64,000 nt of DNA from the human T2T-CHM13v2.0 reference genome, Homo sapiens. The stretch is from assembly GCF_009914755.1 (NCBI RefSeq), contig NC_060934.1; one strand, written 5' to 3'. The translations under genes and the position numbers were made by a program. Every line of letters begins with the position of its first letter. Within the stretch, counting starts at the first letter, position 1. This document shows, in pieces, positions 1 to 12,574 of this stretch. The notes under the pieces were generated by a model that saw only the letters and a program-made list of their open reading frames with translations, had not been told where the DNA came from and did not search any database.

Positions 1-520
1 TCATTTCATTTAGAACAAAATTAAAATGGACCTCAAAGACTTCTGGGAGATGATCCTGCATCACCTTGTTGGCAACTTCTCCCTATTTTCCTTCATGCTG
101 GACTCCCTTTGTTTCTTAGATATTCCAGGTATGCTTTAACCTTGGGGTCCTTACACTGGCTGCCCTACAGTTGGAGAACTCTTCACCTTCGCCTCCTTCA
201 AAGATTTACTCAAGTCCCATATTCTCAAATAGGCCCAACCTGACTACTTTATGCAAAATTTCTTCCTTAGCCTCTGCAATACATACACATCCTATCCTGT
301 CCTACTTTTTCCCTCCCGTATCAATTTACTCACATCCTGCCAGAGGTATGACTTTTAAACAATCTACATAATAATTATGCTTTTTTCTCTTCCCATTGGA
401 ATATAAGTTCTATAAAGGCAAGGATCTTTGCCTGTTTGGTATATTGATCCCTTCTAACCAACTAGGAAAAACTGTCCAGCTTATAGTAAGTGCTCAATAA
501 ATATTTTATAAATGTATGAG
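1..520 (+). mobile_element. LINE-2 3' end relic
   Basis: Ends in the degenerate L2 terminus ...ataagttctataaaggcaaggatc...atagtaagtgctcaataaatatttt. Confidence 0.7.
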
Positions 521-644
521 TAGTTAAAAAAACAAGAAAATATCTTAATTCTAGTTCATGGATTCCCTTTTAATTTTTAATTTCCTTTTCTTGGACATTA
601 GGAAATGATTAAAATAAAAGTTATCTCAATTTTTTCCATAGCTA

Positions 645-1110
645 AATTAATCAGGACACATGCTGTAGAAAAGTGGCAAAAATACAACTCAAATAAACTT
701 GAACTTAAAAAAATACATATATTGGCCACTGTAAGTGGGAAGCTTCTGGAGGAGGTGTAGGAAGTGGTTTCAAACAAATCTCCATCCAGTGTTTCAAATA
801 AAGTTACTAAGTTTCTCTTTTACTCTCAATTGCTTGAATCTGTTTCCTTCTAAAGGCTGACCTGCTTCTTTCCTAGGACATATGGGCTTCCTTCATGTGT
901 CCAGAGAAGTTGGCTCTGAAAGCCCCAAATTCACATCCTGCCAGCATTATGTCTCCCAGGCAGGAAATAGCCTTCCCATTAGCACTTTCAGAAATGTCTT
1001 GCAAAGGGCTCTGGTTCACCAAATGAGAATTGCTGCTTACCTGTGGGTTGGTGGTAGTACACCACAACTCATAACTGTGCCAGGAATATAGATTTAGAGA
1101 GAAGGGATGC
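645..1110. mobile_element. Old MaLR LTR (MLT1J/K-like)
   Basis: ttaatcaggac...aagtggcaaaaatacaactcaaataaactt...attggccactgtaagtgggaag resembles the MLT1J/K end. Boundaries approximate. Confidence 0.5.
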
Positions 1111-1699
1111 CAAATAAATAACATATTACTTTACATCATATGTCTTTCCCTTTTCTTCCTACTCTGATGGTACAAATCTGTTTAGAAGACATGTGTAGGG
1201 ACAAAGACAAGAAAGGAGGATTCACTGGAATTCATAACTTTCAGGACAATGTCTGGGAACAGTGGAACTTCTATGACTAATGTTTATAAATTCCAGGTTA
1301 AGTATACTTTATTCCATTTTAATCTTAATAAATATTTTTAAAATAATGGTTAGTTTTATAGAAATTAATGAATAAAATAATATTTTTAAGGCAATTGGGG
1401 TTTAGCTATTTACATTATAATTTCAATTAGCTGTTCATATGTTTTTATTTATCCATTAAATCATTAATTTATGTGATCATCAGATAAAGAACATTTTTCT
1501 TGCCTACTACATATAATAGTAGGAACTATGCAAGTACTGGAAATGCAAATATTAATAAAGTATGTATAATATAACTGAACATAAATACCTGGATACATTT
1601 GAAAACTTCACTTATGTAAGCAGTGTGCTAAAGTCGTGATGATAGTAGATAGAACATGTATTTAGAAATCTCGTTTATGCTTCCTAAAAATTATCATAA

Positions 1700-1935
1700 G
1701 TTACATTTATAGACAGCTAACTCTGCGCCAGTCACTCTGTTTAGCATGTTATAAATTATTTCATTTAATCCTTACAATCCTATGTGGAGGTACTATTATT
1801 ACCTCTGTGTTACAGTTGGAAACTGATAAAAACCTAGGAAGCTGAGCTATAGGTCTCAAGGTTAGGAAGAAGTGAAGTTAGGACTTGAATATAGCAACAT
1901 TATTTCAGAGGTAAAATTTTTCAACAACTCTGCAT
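1700..1935 (-). mobile_element. MIR SINE
   Basis: tcatttaatccttacaatcctatgtggaggtactattattacctctgtgttacagttggaaactga is the antisense MIR core. Confidence 0.7.
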
Positions 1936-1951
1936 TATCTTAGCAATGTTC

Positions 1952-2239
1952 TTTTATTTTTTTTTGAGACAGAGTGTCTCTCTGTAGTCCAAGCTGGAGT
2001 GCAGTGGCAAGATCTTGGCTCAATGCAACCTTTGTCTCCTGGGCTCAAGTGATGATCCTGCTACCCCAGCCTCCCAAGTAGCTGGGACCACAGGAGCACA
2101 CCACCACACCTGGCTAATTTTTGTATTTTTAGTAGAGATGGAGTTTTGCTATGTTGGCCTAACTCCTGACCTCAAGATATCTGCTGGCCTCAGCCTCCCA
2201 AAGTGTTGGGGTCACAGGCATAAGCCAATGTGCCCAGCC
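1952..2239 (-). mobile_element. Alu (AluJ-like)
   Basis: Poly-T followed by gagacagagt...gctggagtgcagtggc...cccagcc; gggctcaagtgat is J-type. Confidence 0.9.
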
Positions 2240-4685
2240 TATTTTTTCTTTTTTAATAAATAAAAATTGTACATATTTATCATGTATATCATGATGTCTC
2301 AAAATGTGTATAAATGTGGAATGGTTAAATAAAGCTATATAACATAAGCATTATCTCACAACTTATCAATTTTTGTGGTAAGGACACTTAAAACATACTC
2401 TCAGAGCAGCTTTCAATAATACATTGTTTTAACTATAGTCACTATATTCTACAATAGATCCCTTGAACTTCTTCCTCCTATTTGAAATTTTGTATGTTTT
2501 GACCAACATCTCTCTAACCCCACAACCCTCAGCCACTGTTAACCACCATTCTGTGAGTTCAAGTTTTTAAAATTCTACATATGCATGAGATCATGCAGTA
2601 TTTGTCTTTCGGTGCCTGACCTATTTAACTTAACATAATGTATTCCAAGCTTATCCACGTTGTTGCAAATGACAAAATTTTCTTCCTTTGTAAAGCTGAA
2701 TAGTATTTTATTGTATATTCATACCACAGTTTCTTTATCCACTGACACTTAAGTTGATTCCATATCTTGGCTATTCTAAATAGTGCTGCAATAAACATGA
2801 GGGTGCAGATGTCTCTTTAGTACACTGATTTTATTTCCTTTGGATATATACCCAGTATTGAGATTGCTAGATCATATGGTAGTTCTATTTTTAATTTTTT
2901 GAGGAACTTCCCATGCTTTTTTCCATAGTGGCTCTACTAATTTTCATTCCCACCAACAGTGTGCAAGAGTTCCCTTTACTCCACATTCTAACCCACACTT
3001 TTTGTCTTTTTGATAATAGCTACTCCAACACATGTGAGATGATATCTCATTGTGATTTTAACGTGCATTTCTCTGACAATTAGTGATATTGAGCACTTTT
3101 TATGCCTCTTGGCCAACTGCATGCCTTCTTTTGAGAAATGTTCATTCAGCTCCTCTGTACATTTTTTAAAAGGGCTGTTTTCTTGCTATTGAGTTGTTTA
3201 AGTTCTTTACATCTTTTAAATATGAACTTTTTATAAGATGCATGGCTTACCAATACTTTCTCCCACTCTGTAGGTTGTCTCTTCAATCTGTTGATTGCTT
3301 CCTTTCCTATGCAGAAGGCTTTTAGTTTGATGTAAGCCCATTTGTCTATTTTTGCTTTTGGTCTCTCTGCTTTTGAGGTCATATTAAAAAAATAATAATT
3401 GCCCAGACCAATGTCCTAGTTTATTTTCCCTATGTTTCCTTCTAAAAGTTTTACATTTTTAGGTATTACATTTGGTCTTTAATGCATTTTTAGTTCATTT
3501 TTTAATATAATGTGAGATAAGGGTCTAATTTTATTCTTCTGTGGGGTGAAATGCAACACTATTTATTGAACAGACTCTCTTTTTCCCATTATGTGTTGTT
3601 GGCCATTTGTTGAATGTTAAAAATCAATTGACCATAAATGTGAGAATTTATTTTAGGCATCACTATTCTGTTCCATTAGTCTATGTTTCTGTTTTTAGGC
3701 CAGTACCTTGCTATTTTGATTACTATAGTTTTGTCATATGTTTTAAAGTCAGGTAGATACTTCCAGCTTTATTATTTTTGTTCAAGATTGCTTTGGCTGT
3801 CTGGGGTCTTTTGTGATTCCATGCGAATTTTAGGATTGTTTCTTCTACATCTGCAAAAAATATCATTCGAACTTTGATGAGGATTGCATTGAAAATGAAG
3901 ATGACTTTGGGTAATTTGAACCCTTGAACAATATTAATTCTCCCAATCCTTGATCATAGGATATCTTTTCATTTATTTCTGTCTTCTTAAAATTTTTGAT
4001 CATTGTTTTATAGTTTTCCATGTACAGGTCTTTTACTTTGTTAAATTTATTCCTAAATATTTTATTTTTATATAGTTATTGTAAATGGAATTTTCTTTAT
4101 TTTTAAAATAGTTCAGTGTTAGTGTATAGAAAATATTGATTTTTATGTAAATTTTGTATCTTGTTACTTTACAGAATTAGTTTATTAGTTCTAACACTTT
4201 TAGTGGAGTATTTACAGTTTTCTATAAATATGATAATGTCATCTGCAAAGAGAAACAATTTAACTTCTTCCTTTCCAATCTGGAGGACTTTTCTTTCTTT
4301 CTTTTCACTAACTGCTCTGGCTAGAACTTCTAGTACTATGTTGAATAAACTGGGAAAGTGGGCATCTTTGTCTTGTTTCTAATCTTCGAGGAAAAGCTTT
4401 CATCTTTTCATCTTTGAGTATGATGTTAGCTTTGGGTTTGTCATATATAATCTTTATTGTGTTGAGGCACATTTCTTCTAAACTGAACTTATTGGAAGTT
4501 TTTATCATGAAAGTATTTTGTATTTTGTCAAATGCTTTTTCTGCACCTATTGAGATGATCATATTTTTTTCTTTATTCTCATAATGGGTACACCACATTT
4601 GTAGATTTGTGTATGTTGGATGGAATCTTCTACATATGATTCTTAGTTCTACTTATTCTAAAGTGTAGTTTAAATCCCATATTTC

Positions 4686-5820
4686 AAAATCTCTCAGCAC
4701 TTGCTTGTCTGTAAAGGATTTTATTTCTCCTTCACTTATGAAGCTTAGTTTGGCTGGATATAAAATTCTGGGTTGAAAATTCTTTTCTTTAAGAATGTTG
4801 AATATTGGCCCCCACTCTCTTCTGGCTTGTAGCATTTCTGCCGAGAGATCCGCTATTAGTCTGAAGGGCTTCCCCTTTTGGGTAACCTGACCTTTCTTTC
4901 TGGCTGCCCTTAACATTTTTTCCTGCATTTCAATTTTGGTGAATCTGACAATTATGTGTCTTGGAGTTGCTCTTCTCGAGGAGTATCTTTGTGGCATTCT
5001 CTGTATTTCCTGAATTTGAATGTTGGCCTGCCTCGCTAGGTTGGGAAAGTTCTGGATAATATCCTGAAGAGTGTTTTCCAACTTGGTTCCATTCTCCCCA
5101 TCACTTTCAGATACACCAACCTGATGTAGATTTGGTCTTTTCACATAGTCCCATATTTCTTGGAGGCTTTGTTCATTTCTTTTTATTCTTTTTTTTCTCT
5201 AAACTTCTCTTCTCACTTCATTTCATTCATTTGATCTTCAATCACTGATACCCTTTCTTCCACTTGATCAAATCGGCTACTGAAGCTTGTGCATGTGTCA
5301 CGTAGTTCTCGTGCTATGGTTTTCAGCTCCATTGGCTCATTTAAGGACTTCTCTACACTGTTTATTCTAGTTAGCCATTCATCTAATCTTTTTTCAAGGT
5401 TTTTAGCTTCCTTGCGATGGGTTCGAACATCCTTCTTTAGCTCAGAGAAGTTTGTTATTACCGATCGTCTGTAGCCTTCTTCTCTCAACTCATCAGAGTC
5501 ATTCTCCATTTAGCTTTGTTCCATTGCTGGCGAGGAGCTGCAGTCCTCTGGAGGAGAAGAGGCGCTCTTATTTTTAGAATTTTCAGCTTTCCTGCTCTGG
5601 TTTCTCCCCACCTTTGTGGTTTTATCTACCTTTGATCTTTGATGATGGTGATGTACAGATGGGGTTTTGGTGTGGATGTCCTTTCTGTTTGTTAGTTTTC
5701 CTTCTAACAGTCAGGACCCTCAGCTGCAGGTCTGTTGGAGTTTGCTGGAGGTCTACTCCAGACCCTGTTTGCCTAGGTATCAGCAGCAGAGGCTGCAGAA
5801 CAGTGGATATTGGTGAGCAG
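4686..5820 (-). mobile_element. L1PA inverted segment (part of 5'UTR plus most of ORF1)
   Basis: ORF1p peptides MENDSDELREEG... and ...LKEKNFQPRILYPAKLSF on the minus strand; left TSD taaatcccatatttc at 4671-4685. Confidence 0.92.
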
Positions 5821-6440
5821 AAGTCAGTGTGGCGATTCCTCAGGGATCTAGAACTAGAAATACCATTTGACCCAGCCATCCCATTACTGGCTATATACCC
5901 AAAGGATTATAAATCATGCTGCTATAAAGACACATGCACACATATGTCTATTACGGCACTATTCACAATAGCAAAGACTTGGAACCAACCTGAATGTCCA
6001 ACAATGATAGAATGGATTAAGAAAATGTGGCACATATACACCATGGAATACTATGCAGCCATAAAAAATGATGACTTCATGTCCTTTGTAGGGACATGGA
6101 TGAAGCTGGAAACCATCATTGTCAGCAAACTATCACAAGGACAAGAAACCAAACACCACATGTTCTCAGTCATAGGTAGGAATTGAACAATGAGAACACA
6201 TGGACACAGGAAGGGGAATGTCACACACTGGGGCCTGTTGTGGGGTGGGGGGAGGAGGGAGGGATAGCATTAGGAGATATACCTAATGTTAAATGACCAG
6301 TTAATGGGTGCAGCACACCAACATGGCACATGTATACATATGTAACAAACCTGCACATTATGCACATGTACCCTAAAACTTAAAGTATAATAAAAAAATA
6401 CAATAAACTTATATAAAGTGAAATAAATAAATAAATAAAT
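5820..6440 (+). mobile_element. L1PA (L1PA4-like) 3' end: ORF2 C-terminus, 3'UTR and tail
   Basis: KSVWRFLRDLELEIPFDPAIPLL...HMFSVIGRN*, G-rich 3'UTR, ccctaaaacttaaagtataataaaa, (AAAT)n tail; right TSD at 6440-6454. Confidence 0.92.
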
Positions 6441-9400
6441 AAATCCCATATTTCTTTTTCATTTTCTATCTGGATGAATTGTCTATTGCTGGAAGTCAAG
6501 TATTGAAATACCCTACTGTCATTGTATTGCAATCTATATCTCTCTTCATATCATTTAATTTTTGATTTACATATTTTGGTGTTCCAGTATTGGGTATATA
6601 TGTATTTACAATTGTTGTATCCTTTTGATGAATCCACCCCTTTATTATATAATGACCATCTTTCTCTCCTTTTAGAGCTTTTGACTTAAACTCTTTTTAT
6701 CTGGTATAATATAGCTACCCCTGCTCTCTTTTGATTTCCATTTGTAGGAATGTCTTTTTTCTTCCCTTCATTTTGAATCTATGCGTTTCCTTAAAAGTAA
6801 AGTGCATTTCTTGTAGGAAGCATATAGTTGGGTCTTGTTTTCAAATATATTCACCATTATACCTCTTTTTATCAAAGAATTTATTCCATTCACATTCAAG
6901 GTAATTATGGATATATAATGACTTGCTAATATCATTTTTTAAAATTGTTTTTTGGTTGTTTTGTAAATCCTTTGTTCCTTCCTTTCTGTCTTGAGGCTTT
7001 TGACCTGCCTGTACTTACATACTTATTTTTCTCCAAATTTGGCAACTTTTCTGATATTATTTCTTTAAATAAGCTTTCTTGTGTTTTATCCCTTATTTCT
7101 TAAACTATCATAATTTGAACATTTGCTTTTTGGTGGTGTTCCATAAATCAAAGAAACTTTCCTTATTCCTTTATCTTTTTACTCTTCTGATTGTTTATTT
7201 TCAATTACCTTTATTCAAGTTCTCAGATTTTTCTGCTTGATCAATCCTGCTGTTGATGCATTTATTCATTCTATTCCTTGAATTTTTTAGCTCCAGAATT
7301 TGATTTTTTTTAAATAATTTACATCTCTCTGCCAAAATTTTTGTCTTGATCATTTGTTGTTTTCCTGATTTTGTGGATTTGCTTACATTTTCTTGAAATT
7401 CACTGAACTTCTTTAAAACAATTACTTTTAATTCTTTGTTAGGCAGTTTGTGCATGTCCATTTCTCTGGGTTCAGTCACTAGGAGATTATTTTGTTTTTT
7501 GGTGGTGGTATTCTGTTTTATTTTTCATATTTTTCATATCTTGTTGACTTACATTGATGTTCATGCATGTGAAGTAGTAGTCTTATTCCAGTCTTTGTAG
7601 AATGGCTTTTTTAAAAAGAGCATTTTACTAGTCATTCCATTTAGAGATTCTAGGTAGCCTGTCTGGCATGATCCTTAGGAGAGATTTCTGCTGGAATTGT
7701 CCAGTTGGCTGACTTGATACCTGGTTTAGCAGGTAGCTGGGCCTGGAAATTGGATCCACTGGGGTGGGCCTGTTGATTGGGTCTGTGGGTGTAGGCCTGG
7801 ATCCTGGGTTGACAGAAGTTTCACTGGCACTCGGGTAGGCCTTAAGCCTAAGCCTGCAGGGGCTGGCTAGGCACTGTGATAGGCTTACCACTTGGGTCCA
7901 CTGGGACAGGCTTGGATCCTGAGTCCACAGGTGTAGACCTGGTATCTGCATCTACACGGGCTGTCCTGGAACCTGGATCTGTGAGGGAAGTCCTGGAGAC
8001 TCGGTCTGCAAGGGCCAATCTGTCTGTAGTGTCTACTGGGGCAAGCCTGGACCCTGGCTCCTCTGGCATCTGGGGCCACAGAAATTGACCTAGAGCCTGG
8101 GAATGGCCGGTACTGGGGCAGGCATGGAGCCTGGGCCTGTAGAGGTTGGTCTAGAGCCTGAAATTTTGAGTTCTGCCTGGGGCCTGGAGCCATAGATGTT
8201 GGCCTGGAGGCTGGGGATATGGGGATGGGCCTGTAGCCTAGGACTTCTGAAGCCAGCCTAGAGACTAGGTATGTGTGTGTGTATTGGCCTGAAGTCTAGG
8301 TCTGTGAGGGCTGGCCTGAGTCCTGGAGCCACAGGGTTTGGCCTGGAATCTGGATTCACAAGGTCAGTCCTAGAGCCTGGGTCAATGTTGGCTGGTTCAG
8401 TACTGACGTTTACTGAGCTTAGGCCCTGGGTCTGCTGGAGCTTAGGGTCACAGGAGCTGGCCTGGAGGGAGGGGCTGCTGATTCCCTGAGGCTAGAAATG
8501 CCAACCTAGCATGGAGTGGGCCAGAGGCATGAGGCTATATGGGCAAAAGTGGCTCTAGGCTGGTCTGAAACCTGGGTCAGGCCTAGAGCCCAGGGCCACA
8601 GTGTCTAGCCTAGTCCTGAGTAGACTTGGAGCCTATATCCACCAGGGCTGGCCTGGAGGGTTGTTCTGCAGTGCCGGTCTCAAGTCTCAGGCTTCAGAGG
8701 CTGGCCTGGTTCTAAGGTAGGCCTGAAGCCTGGAGACCTGGAGGTCAGCCCAGTGCTGTGGGCAGTCTGGAGCCTAGGGCCTCTGAGGTTGTCCTAGCAG
8801 TGACAAAGACACATATACCAAGTACACCAGGCCTTCCTGGAGCCTGAGGCTGTGGTATCTCTCCTGGCACTTAGGTCTGGAGGCTTAGTCCATGGATACC
8901 AGCCTAAAATCTGGGGCTGTGGGCTTTTCCTGGGGTAGGTCTAGTGTTGAGGTCCTATGCAAATTTCAGTGCTTACTTCCCTGTTTCTCCCCCATGCAAA
9001 GGGTATCTCTCTTTACTCTTTGCTGCCAGGGGCTCAGGGAGGGGTGATGTGGTTAATGTAAAACTGTCCCTCCTATCCTTTTCAACATGTCCTTTCTTAT
9101 TTCTGTGTTATCTGTAGGTGCTATAATCTCTCACCTGATTTCCTTTGCTCCTGTGAAGGTAATTTTGTATATAGACACTTGTTCAAAGTGATGTTTTTGC
9201 AGATGAATGAGCTCTTGGAAGTCCTATTCTTTTCTCTTGCTGATGTCCTTCCAGGTCTTAACAAATTTTCTAATGACATTTAGTGCAAGGTGACCCTTGG
9301 CCCATATAGGAACAATAGCCACAGGCTACGACACTGATATTTAGTGATTGAATAAGTAGTGCCCACATGAAAACTTAATCTCAATACAGAGTTCTGTTTT

Positions 9401-9987
9401 TTTTTAAGTGGTTTCCAGTGGCTTATATAAAAAGTGAGTTTCTAAGAGTTGAGCATGACTTATGAAGTGACCAACTTATTACTGAAGATACTGTGGTCAG
9501 AAGCAATTGCGATATTGTAGATTCTTTTACAAACATTGCTGTACTAAAAAACCTTAATTATAGCCAACCTTGGAGGACAAAACAGAGAGTGAGAGTAATG
9601 ACAGCAGAAACCCCAGGTTACAGCAAAAGGTCACTGCAAAGAAGTTATGCTTTTAAAGCTCTATCCTAAAATAATCTGGACGTTTTAAATATGCACAAAT
9701 TATTGTAATTCTTGGAATTTCTGCCTTAGAAAGAATTACAATTGAGCTTGTCTAAAAGGAAAATCATCTTCAAGCATAGCCTTTGGAATGAGTGATGGTT
9801 ACATAGATGAGAAGAAAAATACATGAAAGAAGGAATGTGACAAGGATAAAAGATGATTCTTCCTATATTGGCACTTTGAACGCAAGTGATTGGAACCTGC
9901 TATGAAAGCAAAGGTGTTAGACTGAGAACAAAATGGTGTGCATTGTGTCACACTTGGTGACATTTGGAAGATTACCTACTTGTGCAG

Positions 9988-10007
9988 GTGTGTGTGTGTG
10001 TGTGTGT
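9988..10007. repeat. (GT)n microsatellite
   Basis: About 10 GT units. Confidence 0.9.
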
Positions 10008-11639
10008 ATGGACATGTGTGTGTTTAGAATGAAAAATGAAATGGGGAGGCCAGAGCTAATGTTATCGAAAGGTTATGGAGTAAAGTAGTCACAGATCTAA
10101 AAGATGCTTGTGTCCCATGTGTGTTTTCTATCACTCACTTCATTTAATTATTTGGTTTTTAAGGTCATAAAATGTGTTTTCATTAGACTGATCTGAGAGA
10201 TAATGCACTGTTTGTTTAATAATCCTAATACTATTTTCAGAGCATCGAAATATTATAGTTCCCTTATTTAATATTTTATTTTATACTATAGTTAATATGA
10301 ACTAAGTGTTAGAAATTCTCGTCGTGAAGAACAACAGAGAAAGTGAAGAAATGCCAAAGACTAACCCACATCACGTGTGCATATCACATATCCTGGGTCT
10401 CAAAAGTGTCATTTTATATTCTCACCATTTCTAATTAGAATAATGACACATCAACAAATTTTTATCTAGGATTTAAGAGTTACATAGGCACATTTAATTT
10501 TTGTCATATCTCAGATAATCGATGCAGATTAGACTTAATGACAAAAGCTAATTGAGTACTACTTATAATTTCCAAAAATTAAAATTAAACAAAGATCATT
10601 TTGTCTTTAACTGATAAATAATAATGAAGAGTTAGAAAAATCTCTGTGAAATGAAAGCAGTGTGGGGGAGAGTGCAGGACTGTGTGTGAGCAAGTGAGGT
10701 TCACAACTGTATTTTTAACCCTATAGTGCCCATGTTTTCTGAACAGTCAATTTCAAAGGCAAATGAATGCAGAACATGAGTTATCATTTAAATGCAAAAA
10801 AGATTTTATTAGAATTTTCATCTCCCCTTTTGGGACTGTGACAAGTCTGTGATATGGATTAAAGGAAATGAAAACTCCTCCACAGAAGCCAGCCAAAAAA
10901 CCTCTTTGCTTTGGAGTGTACTCATTTGGGTTACAATTTCTGTTCTGTTTCTGTTTTAACGTCACATTTGAGCTTCATCTTATTAAGTTCATTTACATTA
11001 GTATGAAAGTCAGCGTAATAATAGAATAAATTATTTTGAAATTAATCTTAAAATACTAAAGACTCTAAGGCAGTTTTGATGACTAAAGTTGATTATAATG
11101 GTTAAATATTGACAATATAGTATATTCTCCAATTATTTCTCTGAATATTGCATCTTATGATACATTTCTTGAACTTCTTGTGTTATTCTTCATGTTTAAA
11201 AAAGGATCTCTGAATAGGTAATGATTATTTTGATGTAGGCAAAGCATCAGAATACTAAAACCAATAAATAAAATAATGTGGGCAACTAAATAATATAAGT
11301 AACTAACTCAAAAATAGATGCTACATTTTATTTTTAAAAAGAGATATTAGAGAGTAAGTTTATGAATCAGAAAATAGTGAAGATACATACCATAAGTCAA
11401 TCTTATAGAGATATGTAATTTAAACTATTACCACATTTAGGAATTATGCATGCCTCGTCTCCATTTTGGGAGCTGAAGATGGGTGGTAAGAGAACATTGA
11501 TGTTCTTATTCCACAAGATAAATCATTATGCTTCTTCAACCATATTCAGCATGTGATTGAAGTGAAAAGCATACAACTACTGTGTAGGGAAAACCATATT
11601 GGAAAATGTAGCACATTAATTGATGAGAGAGAAGCACAC

Positions 11640-12020
11640 AGAATTGTAATAACACAGATGATCATTGGGCATCATCAACTGAGAGAACCAAGGAAGGGTT
11701 GAAGTTTTTGTAGCTGGAAAGAGCATGGGAATTAGTCACATGAGTAATAATGCCAGGCAAAAGGTACACAGGTGGTCAGAGCTCTGCCAATTTGTCAGCT
11801 TGAAAGAGCACCACTTCCTTTAGCACATAGAATGCACGTGGGACTGTGAAAAGCCATGAAGCTCGAGATCATCAAGAGAAGCCATTCATAAAGGGCATGG
11901 GATACATATTAAAGCCTTTGAATTTGGTCTTAGCCATGATCTACAAACAGTAAAGGATTTAGGCATGAGAGTGATATAAACATGCTGCATTTGCAAATAT
12001 AGCTTTCAGTAGTTTGGGAA
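11640..12020 (-). mobile_element. LINE-2 fragment
   Basis: aagggcatgggatacatattaaagcctttgaattt...taaaggatttaggcatgagagtgatata resembles antisense L2. Confidence 0.5.
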
Positions 12021-12032
12021 ATTTTACAGATC

Positions 12033-12241
12033 ATTGCTGTTCAGTAGAACTTTCTATGATAATGGAAATTTCTATATCTGCACTGTTTAATATGGCAGTC
12101 CCCGACCACCTGTGGCTATTAAGCATTTGAAATGTGGCCAGTGCTACAAAAAACCCTGAATTTTTAATTTATATACTTTAATTAATTGAAATTGAAGTTG
12201 AAATACACATTTGGCTGGCAGATCCTGATTTGTACAGTGCA
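12033..12241. mobile_element. MER3 (hAT-Charlie) DNA transposon relic
   Basis: gctgttcagtagaactttctatgataatggaaatttctatatctgcactg...cacctgtggctattaagcatttgaaatgtggc matches MER3. Confidence 0.85.
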
Positions 12242-12574
12242 ACTGTAGTGGTAGAGCTGACTTTACTCAAAGTTATTGATAAGAAGGCGGTTGAAGAAAT
12301 CTAGATGTCCTGGTATGCGATATTATTTTGTTCTGTATTAAATCCTCATAATAAAAACTTAAGAAATGGTTTGTCTCAAGAATGGGTCTGTTTTACTATT
12401 GTCACCCTTCTCTCTAAAAAAATTCTCCATTCCTAAACCAAACCTCAGAACTCTGAGGACTGGAGGCAATGATAACAAGAAAGTGAATGTCATTACTTGG
12501 AGTATGAAATTCAGTCCAAGTATGCTTTTAACCATGCCTTGGTGGGTAAGTACCCTGGAAAGTAAACCAATAAA

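Larger units (their letters stand above)
2245..9252 (-). mobile_element. Near full-length degraded L1MA, interrupted at 4686-6440 by a younger L1PA
   Basis: L1MA-type 3'UTR at 2250-2560. ORF2 remnants (AKIDKWAYIKLKAFC; IISIGAEKAFDKIQ), ORF1 remnant at 7201-7479, and a GC-rich repetitive 5'UTR ending near tctcttgctgatgtc (about 9250). Confidence 0.85.

Noticed and set aside
7628-8489. Overlapping Pro-rich ORFs on both strands
   Set aside because: Result from the GC-rich tandem array in the L1MA 5'UTR.
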